Below, in pieces: positions 38,713 through 53,036 of a stretch of 64,000 bases of DNA. The first letter of the stretch is position 1. Each line of letters begins with the position of its first letter. The notes under the pieces were generated by a model. That model saw only the letters and a list, made by a program, of their open reading frames with translations. It was not told where the DNA came from and ran no database searches. The translations under genes and the position numbers were made by a program. This DNA is from Paraspadella gotoi (Eukaryota > Animalia > Chaetognatha). The stretch is taken from assembly GCA_051294375.1 (NCBI GenBank), contig JBJCIZ010000744.1, positions 1,602,262 through 1,666,261 of the forward strand, given 5' to 3'.

Positions 38713-41188
38713 ATGGCAGTTCCGTCTCTCCGCGCGGAGATCGGTTCCGACTGCTACTCGGCCATGCACTGTCACGCCCTCTCCACGGATCGCGAGGAGG
38801 TCATGGGTCTTTTGCTCGGGGTCATCGAGGGACCCAAGGTCAAAGTCCTCATGTCGATGGCGTTGATTCGATCCGACAAGAGAAAGGACAGGGTGGAGAT
38901 CCCGCCAGAGGTCATGGGTCAAGTCTCCACCAAAGTGGAGCGGAGGGCGGAAGAGATTGGGCTCGCCGGGAAGCTGCAGGTTGTGGGGCAATGTGGGGGG
39001 GGGGGTTAAAACTAAGTTGTGGCGGGGGAGAGTTAGGGTATTAAATTAAAAATATAGACTTATGCTTAGTATTTTGGGATTATTTTCATTGCGTTAATAA
39101 TTAGGAGAAGTGAGAAAGTGAGAGCTATTTTTTGGCAAATATTTAAAAGACAGAGAGAGAGAGAGTGAAAAAAAAAGAGAGAGAGATAAAAGGAGAAATG
39201 GAAAGTGGTGAAGACAGCCGAGTCTGAATCTGAGTCTGAATCTGCACCGATCGCCTCAATTTTTCTGAATTCGTGTTGAACAAAAAAAGGTTTATTAATA
39301 ATGTTAATAATATTAATCCAAATCAGTTTCTAGCTTATACTTAATAAATTAAAATTAAATTTAATTGTAGCCAAAAGGGAAATAAAAGAGGACTCTATAT
39401 AGTAAATATATATATATATACATACTATATATCTTTCCCGCCCCAGGTCGTGGGTTGGTATCACAGTCACCCACACATAACGTCTCTTCCTTCCCACGTT
39501 GACCTCGGAACTCAGGCCAACTACCAGATGTTGGATCGAAGTTTCATCGGCCTCATTTTCTCTGTTTTTAACGAGAGCAAAGGTATCAAGATTCTCATTT
39601 ATTATTGATAGATGCATAACGTTATCTGCTCTTAAAAAATATTTGAATAATCAATGTAATTTCCAAGTTTTAGTCTCATAACAAGCCCTAATTAGCGGCA
39701 TTGTCGCCGTATAACAACATCGTCGCCATGTAACTCTATTCTCTTCAATCTAACGGCATTCCCAAAAAAATTACGGCATTCTCTACAATCTAACGGCATT
39801 CCCACCAAAATTACGGCATTCTCTACAATCTAACGGCATTCCCACCAAAATTACGGCATTCTCTACAATCTAACGGCATTCCCACCAAAATGACGGCATT
39901 CTCTACAATCTAACGGCATATTCCTCAACTCTTCCTTCAGCTAACGTCGCGGTGGACGAGTTGTGTTGCTTTCAATCTCGACGCGATGATTCCGGCCTCC
40001 GACGTCAGGTCGTCCCTTTCGACGTCTTCCCCACCGCTCTCCTCTTGAAGGAGGAAGGTTAATAATACTTATTTAAATATAATAATAAAGAAATACTATT
40101 AAAAATGCTATATTGATAATATATTTACAAAATCATTGTTAAAAAAAAATAGTAAAATAAACCTGGTAAGAAAACAGTATTTCAAGAGATGAGAAATAAT
40201 CTAATCTACTACATTATGTAAATGTTATTAAAGAAATCAATCTCGTTTGAAATGAATAAACATAACATTATCTTTTTATTCAATAATTGACTTTGGACAA
40301 GCTATAGTGGGTTTAGGCCTCCATCCCACTCACAAGACAATAACATGGCAGGACCCTGTAATCAAGACCATTTTAATCAAGACTCGCTCACAGTGCTTGG
40401 CCCTCCTGGCTCCCTTTTAATGAAGTGGTATCGAATTTGTAAATGTTTCAATTGTATAAGAGGACCACTCCCTTAAGGAATAGTTATATAAGAATCGTGT
40501 TTCATTAAACTGCATTTATGAAAAGGCGTGGATTCCCTTGTGACGGCCCAAGCCCTCGGCGCCGTCCCAGCCTTCCTCGATCTCTACATCCACGAAGAGA
40601 AAGGCGCCTTTGACAAGGCCGACGGGATTGGAGACGGGAGCGGTGATGGACAGATCGGGCCCAAGACGGACCGGAGGTATCTCATCCCCGCCACATAGTT
40701 TTTGACTCTCTTTGGCTCTCTTCTCCAAATGCGCTTTATTTTAGTTTCGTGACTTTTAGTTTCTTAATCCCGGAACCTTATTTTTTAACCCTTACCCTAA
40801 TCTTTAACCCTAATCTTTAATTTAATTTTTAATCCTAAAAACTCATCTAATTTCGAATTCTCTTCCTTTCTTCTCTCTATCTCCCGCCCTTACCTTCCCC
40901 TCTTTATTTTCTCCCCTTCCTCCCTCGCCACTCTCCCTCTCCCTCCCAATTTTCTTCACCTCTTTCCCCCCCCCTTTTTCCCCTCCTCCCAGCTTCTTCC
41001 GCTTCGTCCACAACGCCGCCCACTTCTCTCTCGCCGTCGGCGGAATCGCCGAGACTCTCTACGTCTCCTACGCGTCGGGGCTGCGGCGTCGTCGGGCCAC
41101 GGCGGAGAATAGGATCGAGGCGCTGCAGGGATACCTGCGGCAGCTGCGGGAGAGAGTCGAGAACAGACCCGTCGCGGGTCATTCCTGA
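38713..41188 (+). CDS. BRCC3: Lys-63-specific deubiquitinase BRCC36 (JAMM/MPN+), 5 exons
   Basis: HALSTDREEVMGLLLG, RSDKRKDRVEI, VVGWYHSHPHITSLPSHVDLGTQANYQMLDRSFIGLIFSVF. Confidence 0.93.
39738..39920. repeat. 40-bp minisatellite, about 4.5 copies, in a BRCC36 intron
   Basis: ATTCTCTACAATCTAACGGCATTCCCACCAAAATTACGGC in tandem. Confidence 0.9.
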
Positions 41189-41562
41189 CACGCCGGGGAA
41201 TCGGGGGGAAAATCGCCGAACTGCGATGCAGAGTTTTCATGCCATCGATTCATTGTTATTTTTCATATATTCTATTGTCAAAGAAAGTTTTTTTTTGACA
41301 AAAAAAAATTTTGTACGCCCAAATATTCTTTTATTCTGGTCCATTTTCGATCTATTCTGTTTCCATTATTTATTAATACCATCGAACGCGTTATTCCTTC
41401 AATTGTAGTAATCCATAGTTTTGAAATTTTATATCTAGTTGTTAGTTCGTAACTAGGAAAAAAAAACCTTTTTTTCGACTTTACCGAGTTTCTTGGCGGA
41501 ATTATCATTTGTCGGACGACTTTTGCCGGGATTCTCGGAAAGAGAAAAAGACTTGAGTAAAA

Positions 41563-42903
41563 ATGTCGGAGCCGGGAATGCCGATGGATTGGCGGTCACC
41601 GGCGAACAGAGAGGCCGTCCGGAAGAAAATCGCTGAAGCCATGCAGAGCGCGGGATCGCCTCCGCAGGTGAGGGGAGGGGAAGGGGAGGGGACTTGAGGG
41701 AAGGAAAAAGCGAAGGTATGTCTCTGCGGAGATTCGGAGAGGGAGACCTGACAAAAATATAACCAGTCTTGATTGAAAGCTTGCAGGGACCTGCTATGTC
41801 ATTATCCTGTAAGAGTGATTGAGGCCTTAAACCACCAAAGTTATGGGCAAGATAGCTTATTCATTAATTGAAAGGATACTTTTACATTGGTTGTACCAAT
41901 TTCATAAAAAAATGAAATATTTAGAGATAGAACTTGGACTTTTCCGACGTTGGTCATTCTCCTCATACCCTAAAATTGGGGTCAGTTTTGTTATTCTCTC
42001 CTTAAAATTCCGATTTTTCCACTCCTCCCCCCAAACGTTCCAGTCTCACTCTCCAGAATCAATGGAGGAGCAGATGTTCATGCGATCAAAGACTCCGGAG
42101 GAATACATGAACTTCGTGGCGAGGTTGTTGAGGTTGCTGCACGAGCGGAACCAGAGGAACCAAGCGCAAATGGCCAATCAGGGTGAATTGTAGAGACCGG
42201 GGGGGGGGGAAAGGGGGGGAAAGCTTTTGAGATAATAATTCGGTTAACGAGGTTCCTTTAGGTTCATTTTACTTCCATTAGCAAGTAAAGAAATCATTTT
42301 GAAATGTTGTAATCTGTATTTTTTTCTACTATACACCTTACATGAATTATCGTGCTTCTAATTGTGCTCCTCATCAATCATTAATTCATCAATTCAAATT
42401 TATTCATTTACTCAAGGTAGGCCATAGCTATAATTTAAATGCTAATGTATACGGCGTTAAAATAATATATCATGAGCATAGAGTATAGTGAGGGTACAAG
42501 CCTAATTATAATTATTATATTTTTATATCGTTGACGTTTAGTCAAATAACGAGGGTAAATAATAAGTGGCAAAGTATTTGGTTGACAATAGTTTTATTAA
42601 TGACGTACAATGATTAGGGTGATGACATAGGTAACGATGACACGATAACAAAGGCTAAGACAAAGGCGATGACAATATTAAACAGTTCAATAATTATTTG
42701 AAGAAGGGTTCTTCTAGTAACAAAATTCAATGACTCGTAAAAACGTTTAATAATGAGCGAGCTTTCTTCAAGAGGTACGACTGAAAGGCCGGTCACAAAA
42801 AATGACCAAGAAATGTTTTAGTTGTCGAATCACGGCCAAAATCATGAAAGAGAGAGGAGAGAGAAATGACCTCAAAAAGGTCACCGATCACCAGGCGAAT
42901 TTT

Positions 42904-42968
<65 letters not shown>

Positions 42969-45621
42969 CTTACCGCCCTTTCTCTCTTCAATCTCTCTCG
43001 CTCTCTTCATTCTCTCATTTCTTTTCTCGCATCTGTTTATAATCGTCAATATATGTATATATATAATATATATATGTGTATATATAATATATATACATAT
43101 CTGTGTCTCTACAACTTATTATTATTGATTTTTTTTTAATGTCATTAATCAATATTTCGCCCCCCAAGGTCCGTCTACCCAAATGCGTCCAGACTCTACT
43201 CCGATCGGCGCCCTGCAGATGATGACCTGCCAACCCGGAGCCGGCACCGGAGCAACGCCGCCGCAGAACATGCCGCCGCAGTTTCAGGGCGGAGTGGGTC
43301 AGGCGGGTCCGGGCATGATGATGGGAAGCGGTGGTCAGCCGGGCATGATGCAGACCGGCGGGCAGGTGAGGGTTAAAAGGGTGATGGGGTGAACATTTCA
43401 AGTAGATACTATATAGTATAGTATAGTATAATGTATAGGGATTGATGATTAAGGAAGTACCAAGCAGCATAAATTCAGTTTACTATCCCTCTTAACTATG
43501 GGCCAAGCCACAATCTAATTATATAATAATAACATGACATAATAACATTAATATATTTAAATATTATAAAATACTGAGAAAAGTATTTCCCAATTTTCAT
43601 AATATCACAAGATAGCTTATTTATTAAATTATTAAATAATTTATTTTATTGGTTGTCCCATTTTTCATCTCATCCAAACCTTAATCCCCCGCGCGCTCCA
43701 TTGCTTCATCTCCTAATCTCCCCCCCCCCATCTTCCCCCCATCTTCCCCCCCCAATCTTCCCCCCCCCTTCAAGCCCTCTTCGGCTCCTGGTCAACCCGT
43801 CGTCCCCGCGGCGTCACCGTCGGTCCCCCTCGCGGTCCCTCTCAGTCCAACCTGACCCCTCAACAGCAGATGTATCAGCAGCGAATGTCGCAGCAGCGGC
43901 TGGCCATGCATCATCGCGCATTGGCGGCGCAGCAACAGCAGCAACAGTCCCAGCAACAGCAACAGCAGCGGGACGGCGGAGCAGCGGGGATGATGACGAT
44001 GCATCCCTCGTCGACGGCGCAGTCGATGCAGGTGCGAGATGCGGGATTGGTCTGACGGCGTGGGTCGGACATATAGAGAGACTCGAGGCTAATATAATTA
44101 GTTATTATTCGATTATTAGCTAATTAACTCGTAAATGTATTTAATTGAAGACGTTTTGCGGATTACAACAGTCATTCCTCATTTCACAGTCTCGTCCCCC
44201 TTATCCCTCTTCCGCGGCGACGATGTCTTCCAGCGGCGGCGGCCCCGGAGGCCCCGCCCCGACCGTCGCGATTTCCTCTTGCGGGATTCCCATGAGTTCC
44301 TTGTCGACCGCGGTGCATTCGCCGTCGGGCGGCGCCGCGGCGGCCGTCGGTGGCGCCCCGATCTCCCATCAAATGATTCGATCCCCGGCCAATTACAATC
44401 ATTTCCTTCCGTCGCCCACTGGAGGCGCCGTCCAGGGACCCGGGAGCAATTTGGGGAAGATGATGCACTCGCCGGCCTCGTCGGGGTTTCAAGGTGTTTG
44501 AAGGATGTCGTCGAGTCTTTGGACAGAGATTATGTGTGATTGTATGAGTCCGTGTGTGGGAGTGCGGAGGGCGCTTGAAACTAATTTAGTAGGAGAGGCT
44601 GAGGGCAAATATTGTAGGGCATCATTCAATAATTGTAATTGGACAGTTATTAGGAAACCCGTTTTTATTATGCTTTTAATTCAGTAAAAAAGGGAAAACT
44701 ATTAAAACTAAACGATAAAAAGACGCACTTATTTTCCGTTAACACCATAACCAATTCAGGTCCGCCTTCAGTGGGATCCACCTCCGCCGGTCCGCCCTCA
44801 GTAGAGAAGCCCTCCAATGCTCCGTCGCCCGGAAATCCGCTGAGCACGCCGCGGCAACCCTCGGTCGCCTCGCCGGCGCCGGACGTGGACCCTCAGTGTC
44901 AGCAGAAGCTGCAGGAGCTTGCCGCAGCTTACATGGAGCCTCTGAGGTTGGTCTCATTTAAGAGGTAGATTATTAATCTTGCAACTCGGACCTCCATTTG
45001 ATTCCCTCCCGTCTCAAAAAGAAAATGGATCTACCTTCGCGAAAGCAGCGAGACAGAATCGGACGCGAAGAAGCAAAAGGAGCTCTCTAAGATGCGAACT
45101 CTCCTCCGCCTCCTCGAGGACAAGAATCCGCAAAAGTCGACGACCATCAATCTCCTCGTCCTTCAAAAATGCGAGAACGTCCTCCACAACATGCTCCACA
45201 ATCCCAAGGCTGCCGCGGGCGGCGGCGGCGGAGCGGCGGCTCTGGCTGCCTCGCGCCCGCCGCCCGTCGTCGACCCGACTCCGCCGGCCAAGGATCAGCA
45301 GTTGGGTCAGAGTTTGTTGGAAGCGTTGGTCGAGGGATTCAAGAAGCCGGGAGGAGGGGCCAAAGGGGCTTCGGCCAATCACAGGTCAGAGGTAGTGAGG
45401 GAGGATGGAGAGGGAAGAGAAGTCGGGGATTATGCTGAAAAAAGTTATTATAAGTACATTTTTACAATTGCATTAACAAAGTTTGATTTTATTTTGCAAC
45501 GAATTTTATTTTAAAAGAGCAGACATGTTTCGGCTCACAATACGAGCCTTCATCAGCGCACATGAGTTATGAACTTGATACAAGTTTTTAGTTAAAGTCA
45601 AATGTAATTATTTATTTATTT

Positions 45622-45695
<74 letters not shown>

Positions 45696-46548
45696 TTTAA
45701 CTAAAAACTTGTATCAAGTTCATAACTCATGTGCGCTGATGAAGGCTCGTATTGTGAGCCGAAACATGTCTGCTCTTTTAAAATAAAATTCGTTGCAAAA
45801 TAAAATCAAACTTTGTTAATCTCTCAAACAACGAAAAAGAAAGGATAATTACCATGAATACAATTGCATTGAATATGTGTATGGATACGTAAAGTATATT
45901 TTAAATTTAACCAAAATAAAAAATACCCTCAAACTACTAAATTTAATTTCGATATGCTCTCAATTTGCCGTTTGTGAAATAACGACAATATGCAAATGAT
46001 ATTAAGGAATCTTATAAAGTTTTAGATATATCGAATCGATTTTCGACATTATTATGTTTCCTTCCCGAATTACTGCAGAGATTAATTAATTAGTGCGTCA
46101 AAGTGAGGAATTATCCACGCGATTTAAAATATTCATCGAAAGTTCTCGTGATAAAATTTTAAGGCTAAGCGCGACCTTCGGTCCCGCGGCGGCCAACCTT
46201 CTCGGTCCGCGACCTCGAGCCCCGAGTCCTCCGCTCGCCAAGAGACTAAAATTGGAGGAGGAGGAGAAGCAGAAGGCGAAGAAACGATGCAAAGTTCCAC
46301 ACGTTTTGCAGGTCAGTCTGTCTGTCACACCAAGTGGGGGGATACAGGGTGAAGACTCAGGACTGAGATGGTAATGGAGATTTTGTGAGGAGTGGTTTTC
46401 AGATATTTTATATTTTGCCTACTTTTTTACGTTTCGATTATTTAATTATTTTATCAGTTAACCATTTAATCAGTTAACCATCAAAAAGAAAGAAAAATAT
46501 AAAAGCAACGATTTATTTGCTGAGCGTGGCCTCCCAGGCCACAGAGAC

Positions 46549-46579
<31 letters not shown>

Positions 46580-47152
46580 TATATGAACATCTCCAGCTCC
46601 CACTTCTGACATTTCCCTCCCAACCCAAACCAAAAGGGGGAACTGGCTCGTCTTCCTCTCCGGTTTCGCGTCCGCCGGGAACCTTCCGCCCATTCCGGCG
46701 CCGACGTTCTCCGCCTTCTCTGTTGCCTTGACGACGCCCGTCTGCCCGCCACGCCGCCCATCGTCGTCCGCGTGCCGGGCAAGTATCCCGAGGCCTCGCC
46801 CGCCTGGGACGTCGAAGCGTCACGGGATCTGGAGGTGAGGGAGAGAGAGGGCGACTGTTTTGGTTTTATGTTTTGTTTGAGCTTGTTTTTTGTTTCTTTT
46901 TCTGTATTTTTTGTGGTTTTTTTTGGTGTTTTTTTATAATATTAGATTTAAAAAAATAATCAAAAGTAAGATGAAATATTGGATAATATGAGATAGTGAA
47001 GTTTATTTCCCTCTCAGGCCACGCCCTTTCTCCGCGAGACGAAGCGTAATTTCTCGGATCGTCTCTCCAAGATGCCAGAACTTCACTCCCTCTCTTCGCT
47101 ACTAGATCTTTGGGAGATGTCCGTCCGACACTCCTGCGCCGCTCTGGGATAG
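41563..47152 (+). CDS. MED15: Mediator subunit 15, about 10 exons
   Basis: KIX-like N-terminus DWRSPANREAVRKKIAEAM..MEEQMFMRSKTPEEYMNFVARLL; Q/P/G-rich middle; LQKCENVL; VPHVLQ|GELARL; CCLDDARLPATPPIVVRVPGKYP; LLDLWEMSVRHSC. Confidence 0.88.
45517..45561 (-). ncRNA. Minimal type-I hammerhead ribozyme, inverted copy
   Basis: Exact reverse complement of 45731-45775. Confidence 0.8.
45731..45775 (+). ncRNA. Minimal type-I hammerhead ribozyme, sense in a MED15 intron
   Basis: GUGCG CUGAUGA A GGCUCG-UAUUG-UGAGCC GAA ACAUGU C^ UGCUC; predicted cut after 45770. Confidence 0.8.
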
Positions 47153-47450
47153 AGAGAGAGAGAGAGAAAAAGACTGTCAAACAGAGACTTAAAGACAGAG
47201 ACAGTGAAAAAGTCGCTCGCATTGATATTCAGTCCTTGACGCGTTTTCGTTACAAATTTTAGATTATTAAATTCTTCCTTCATATTCGAATTTTGATTTT
47301 TCTTATTTTTTCGTATTTATTATTTTTTTTCTCGCTCAAACTTTCAGATTTACAATTTTATAGAAATTAGAATAAAAAAAAACGATTCGAGTGTTTCTTC
47401 CGAAGCCATCACCAGTTCCGATGTTCGCCTCCACGAAGCTCTAGACTTTG

Positions 47451-47525
<75 letters not shown>

Positions 47526-47539
47526 CCTCCCTCCCCAAA

Positions 47540-49998
47540 ATGTCGTCCGTCTCGGTCGCGGTGGAGGCGGCGGCGGTGGCGCTCTCTTTCCATCCCATCT
47601 CCGTCTCGTCGAATTGCGGCGACGTCTGGTTGGCGTTTGGGCGTCGATTTCAAAGACCCGCTATCTACTTTCTCGTCTTTGGCGCCGGAGTAGAGGTGAT
47701 TTGAAAATGGAGGAGTTGGGGTGGGATGGGGGGTCGTTGATGTGTAGCCGATTTATTTGCGAAATATTCATCTATCTCATTTGTAATTTGTCGCTTTTTG
47801 ATTAAGGTTTGATAAATTTTCAATTGAAGAGACAGTAATGATTGTTGTTAGTGACAGAACCGTTTAATATAAGCAGTCCCTGAGCTTCGGATCACTGCTA
47901 GGCGACCACCGGGTTATAACCCCGGACATTTGGGTTGGGAGCTAAATAATCTTGAGGGGTATTGAAGGCGTGAGGAAATAGAGGGAAAATAATAGTATAT
48001 TTCGCGAAGAGTAAAAACTAGAGAATGTATCGCTAGACACAAAATATACCGAGGAGGAATAAAGAGAAAGGAGAATTGGACGGCAAGCTGAATCCTCCTC
48101 TGACAATTAATGATTTAATTATCATAATTAGAAAAACAAAAAGTTTAACTCCCCTTTTCGCCAGGCGATCGAATCAGGCCTGAGTCCCCTCTCTCGTCTC
48201 GGGCTCGGCGTCGTCGCCCTCAGTCCGCCCAATAGGCTTGGCGCGGCGCTGTGGGACTGGCGCTGCGAGCGACGCACCGAACGTCTCTTGGTCATCGCCG
48301 ACGCGGGGGTGAGTCGGAAGAAGGGATGATGTTGATTGATGGCGATAATAGTGATGACGACGACGACGCTGCTGCTGACAACTAAAATGATAAGTTTTAG
48401 GGCTAAGGCTTTTTTGAGTTCGTATTTTATTCGGAAGTCGTATCTCGTTGAAGTTAATTTTTATCGTCCAGTTAATAAAGAACTAAAAGGATCTTGATTT
48501 AAGTCGACTCCGTCGCTCTCTACCCTTTCTGCCCCTGATGATCGGGGTTTTACAAAATGCAAATAAGATCGATGAATTCCGACGAGAGTTTATGCCCCAA
48601 CTCCCTCGCCAAGGTGTGTCGTTGGATCAACGGCGACCGCATCGGCGCCGAACCGGACGACCTCGTGGAGGCGATGCTGCGCCGCGACTTCGCCGACTTC
48701 GACTCCGTGCGGACGCTGCTGGACGAGCTGCTGCGGAGGAGGGACGAGAAGGAGAGGGACGGAGGAGAAAGGGAGGGAGGAAGAAGAAGAAGAGGAGGAG
48801 GAGGAGGGGGGGAGAGGGAAGGGGGACACTTTGAGGTAAAACAAAATTATCAGGATGTTTGAGATTTTTAAAATTTACTTTCAGTTTAAATTCTTTTAAA
48901 ATTGGTAAAACCAATACAAAAAAATTAATCATTTACTTTCAAGAAATAACTAACTTGCCCCTGGCTTTGATTTATTCGATATAATGTTAAATGATTTTAA
49001 AGGACCCTCGAGTACTTTAGGAGGCAATAAGTAAGATTGTTAGAGAGGCTTTAAGTTTAACCACTCCATTACCTTTCTTGTGTTTGTTGTTCAAATTAGT
49101 TGATTACGGTTAGAATTCAGCACTACGTAAATAATTTTATTATCCTTGCTGATTCTAGAAATCTTACTAATCTTTGCTAAAGATTCTGATTGTAGTTCTA
49201 AAAATTTTGAACATTGTTCTCATAATTTCACTCCTCGTCTTTCTCCTCAGATCTACGACGAAGGAGGAATAGAATCTGAATACTGTTTCCTCGAAGGTTA
49301 TCAGGCGGGACGCGAATCTGGCGACAGGCGAGACAGACGGGACAGCAGGCGGGACAGGAACGAACGTGACGCCTGGGACAGAGGAGGTCCAAAGGGAAAC
49401 GGGATAGTTGATTATGACAATTTACATACTATTTTAATGTATAATTCGATTTCCAGACTTTTCCCCAACTCTCCGTCATCCTCTCCTCCCGGCGCCGTTT
49501 TCCGACGACGCCGGATCGGCGGCGCCGCGATTCGACGATCGTCGCCCAGATTGGTACGACCGTCGGTCCTTTGTCGGTCCGTCGACCGACGTTCCCGGTT
49601 CCATCGACGAGGGTCGGTATTTTGTCGGTCGATCCTTTTCGTCGCGATACGGGGACTCGTATCATCGGCCGTCGGGAAAGTCGAAGACGTCGGGCAGGAG
49701 GACGACAAAGTTCGTCAACGGGAAGACGAAGTTGAGGAGACCGACGTCGAAAAAGAAGACGGGGCCGACTAAGAAACCGCCGACGACGAATTCCTCGACG
49801 AAGACGACGAACTCTGGGACGAAGACGACGAACTCTACGACGAACTCTACGACGAATTTTGCGGCGAAATCCGCGGCGAAGACGAAGTCGGCTTTGAGGA
49901 GGGCGAAGTTGGCGACGAAGAGGAAGAAGATGAAGGAAGAGGCGAAGATCGCGGAGGCGAGGGTCGTGGAGGAAATGGAGCAGAGGGAGATGATTTAG
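47540..49998 (+). CDS. Uncharacterised protein, about 5 exons, basic low-complexity C-terminus
   Basis: GC-rich segments ~47540-47695, 48165-48308, 48614-48835, 49251-49296, 49457-49998 join in frame through GT-AG sites. No family recognised. Confidence 0.5.
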
Positions 49999-50830
49999 AA
50001 GGGAGGAAAGGAAAGGGGAGGAAAGGAAAAGGAGAGAGATTATTTAGAATGAAGGAAAGGAAAGAGAGAGGAAATGAAAAGGAGAGAGATTATTTAGAAA
50101 GCGGGGAGGAAAAGAGGAAAGAGAGGAAAGAAATTAGAAGAAAAGAAGAATTAGGGGGAAAGAAANNNNNNNNNNAGAATGTGAGGATCTGGGAGGAAAA
50201 ATAAGGAAAAGGAGGAAACAACGGGGGTTGTAGGGAAAAGAGTTTGAGAAGTAAGAAAGGAAAAGAGAATTGAGTGAAAGATTAAGACGGCAAGACGGAA
50301 GGAAAGGAAAAGGGGAAAAAAGGAAAGGGAAAAGGAAAAAAGGAAAAGTGTTGGGCAGGGTTGGCAGGAAAGATGAGATCAGACGAGAGGCTATGTAGGG
50401 GAGAAAGTAGAAGCGCGGAGTCGGGTTGAGAGATAAAGAGTGCGATGGCATTTGTTATAATGTTTACTTTTAGTTGATTATTTTTCCCCCCGAGGTTTGA
50501 GGTTGCAAACTTAGCCTCGGTCAATGATTCGATGCGCCCCATTATTGTTGATCATTCTCGTTCTGGTCATTTCGGTCTTTTTCATCTCCATTCGTTTATT
50601 TTCAGTTTTAATTTTCGGAAAGAAAGAAAAATCGATCATAAGAATCCCCAAATTCTATGATTGGAAACGAGAACTAAAAAAAAAAACCCCAATATTTTCT
50701 CGAAAGAAAAGCAAATTTAATTAAAATCAGGTTTTTCATTTAAAACTCAAAGTCCAAAAACAGGTTATTCGAAATAAAATAAAAAGCCCAGCAACCGAGG
50801 GGAAAAAAGTTTAAAAAAAAAACGACTTAA

Positions 50831-53036
<2,206 letters not shown>

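Larger units (their letters stand above)
45463..45870. mobile_element. Penelope-like pseudo-LTR insertion: 127-bp perfect inverted arms around (CT)n, with a 12-bp flanking direct repeat
   Basis: Arms 45472-45598 and 45694-45820; TACAATTGCATT at 45463-45474 and 45859-45870; same family as 3178-3270. Confidence 0.72.

Noticed and set aside
38127-50175. Inferring structure across the two N10 gaps
   Set aside because: Scaffold gaps of unknown true size; strand uniformity across them depends on correct contig orientation.
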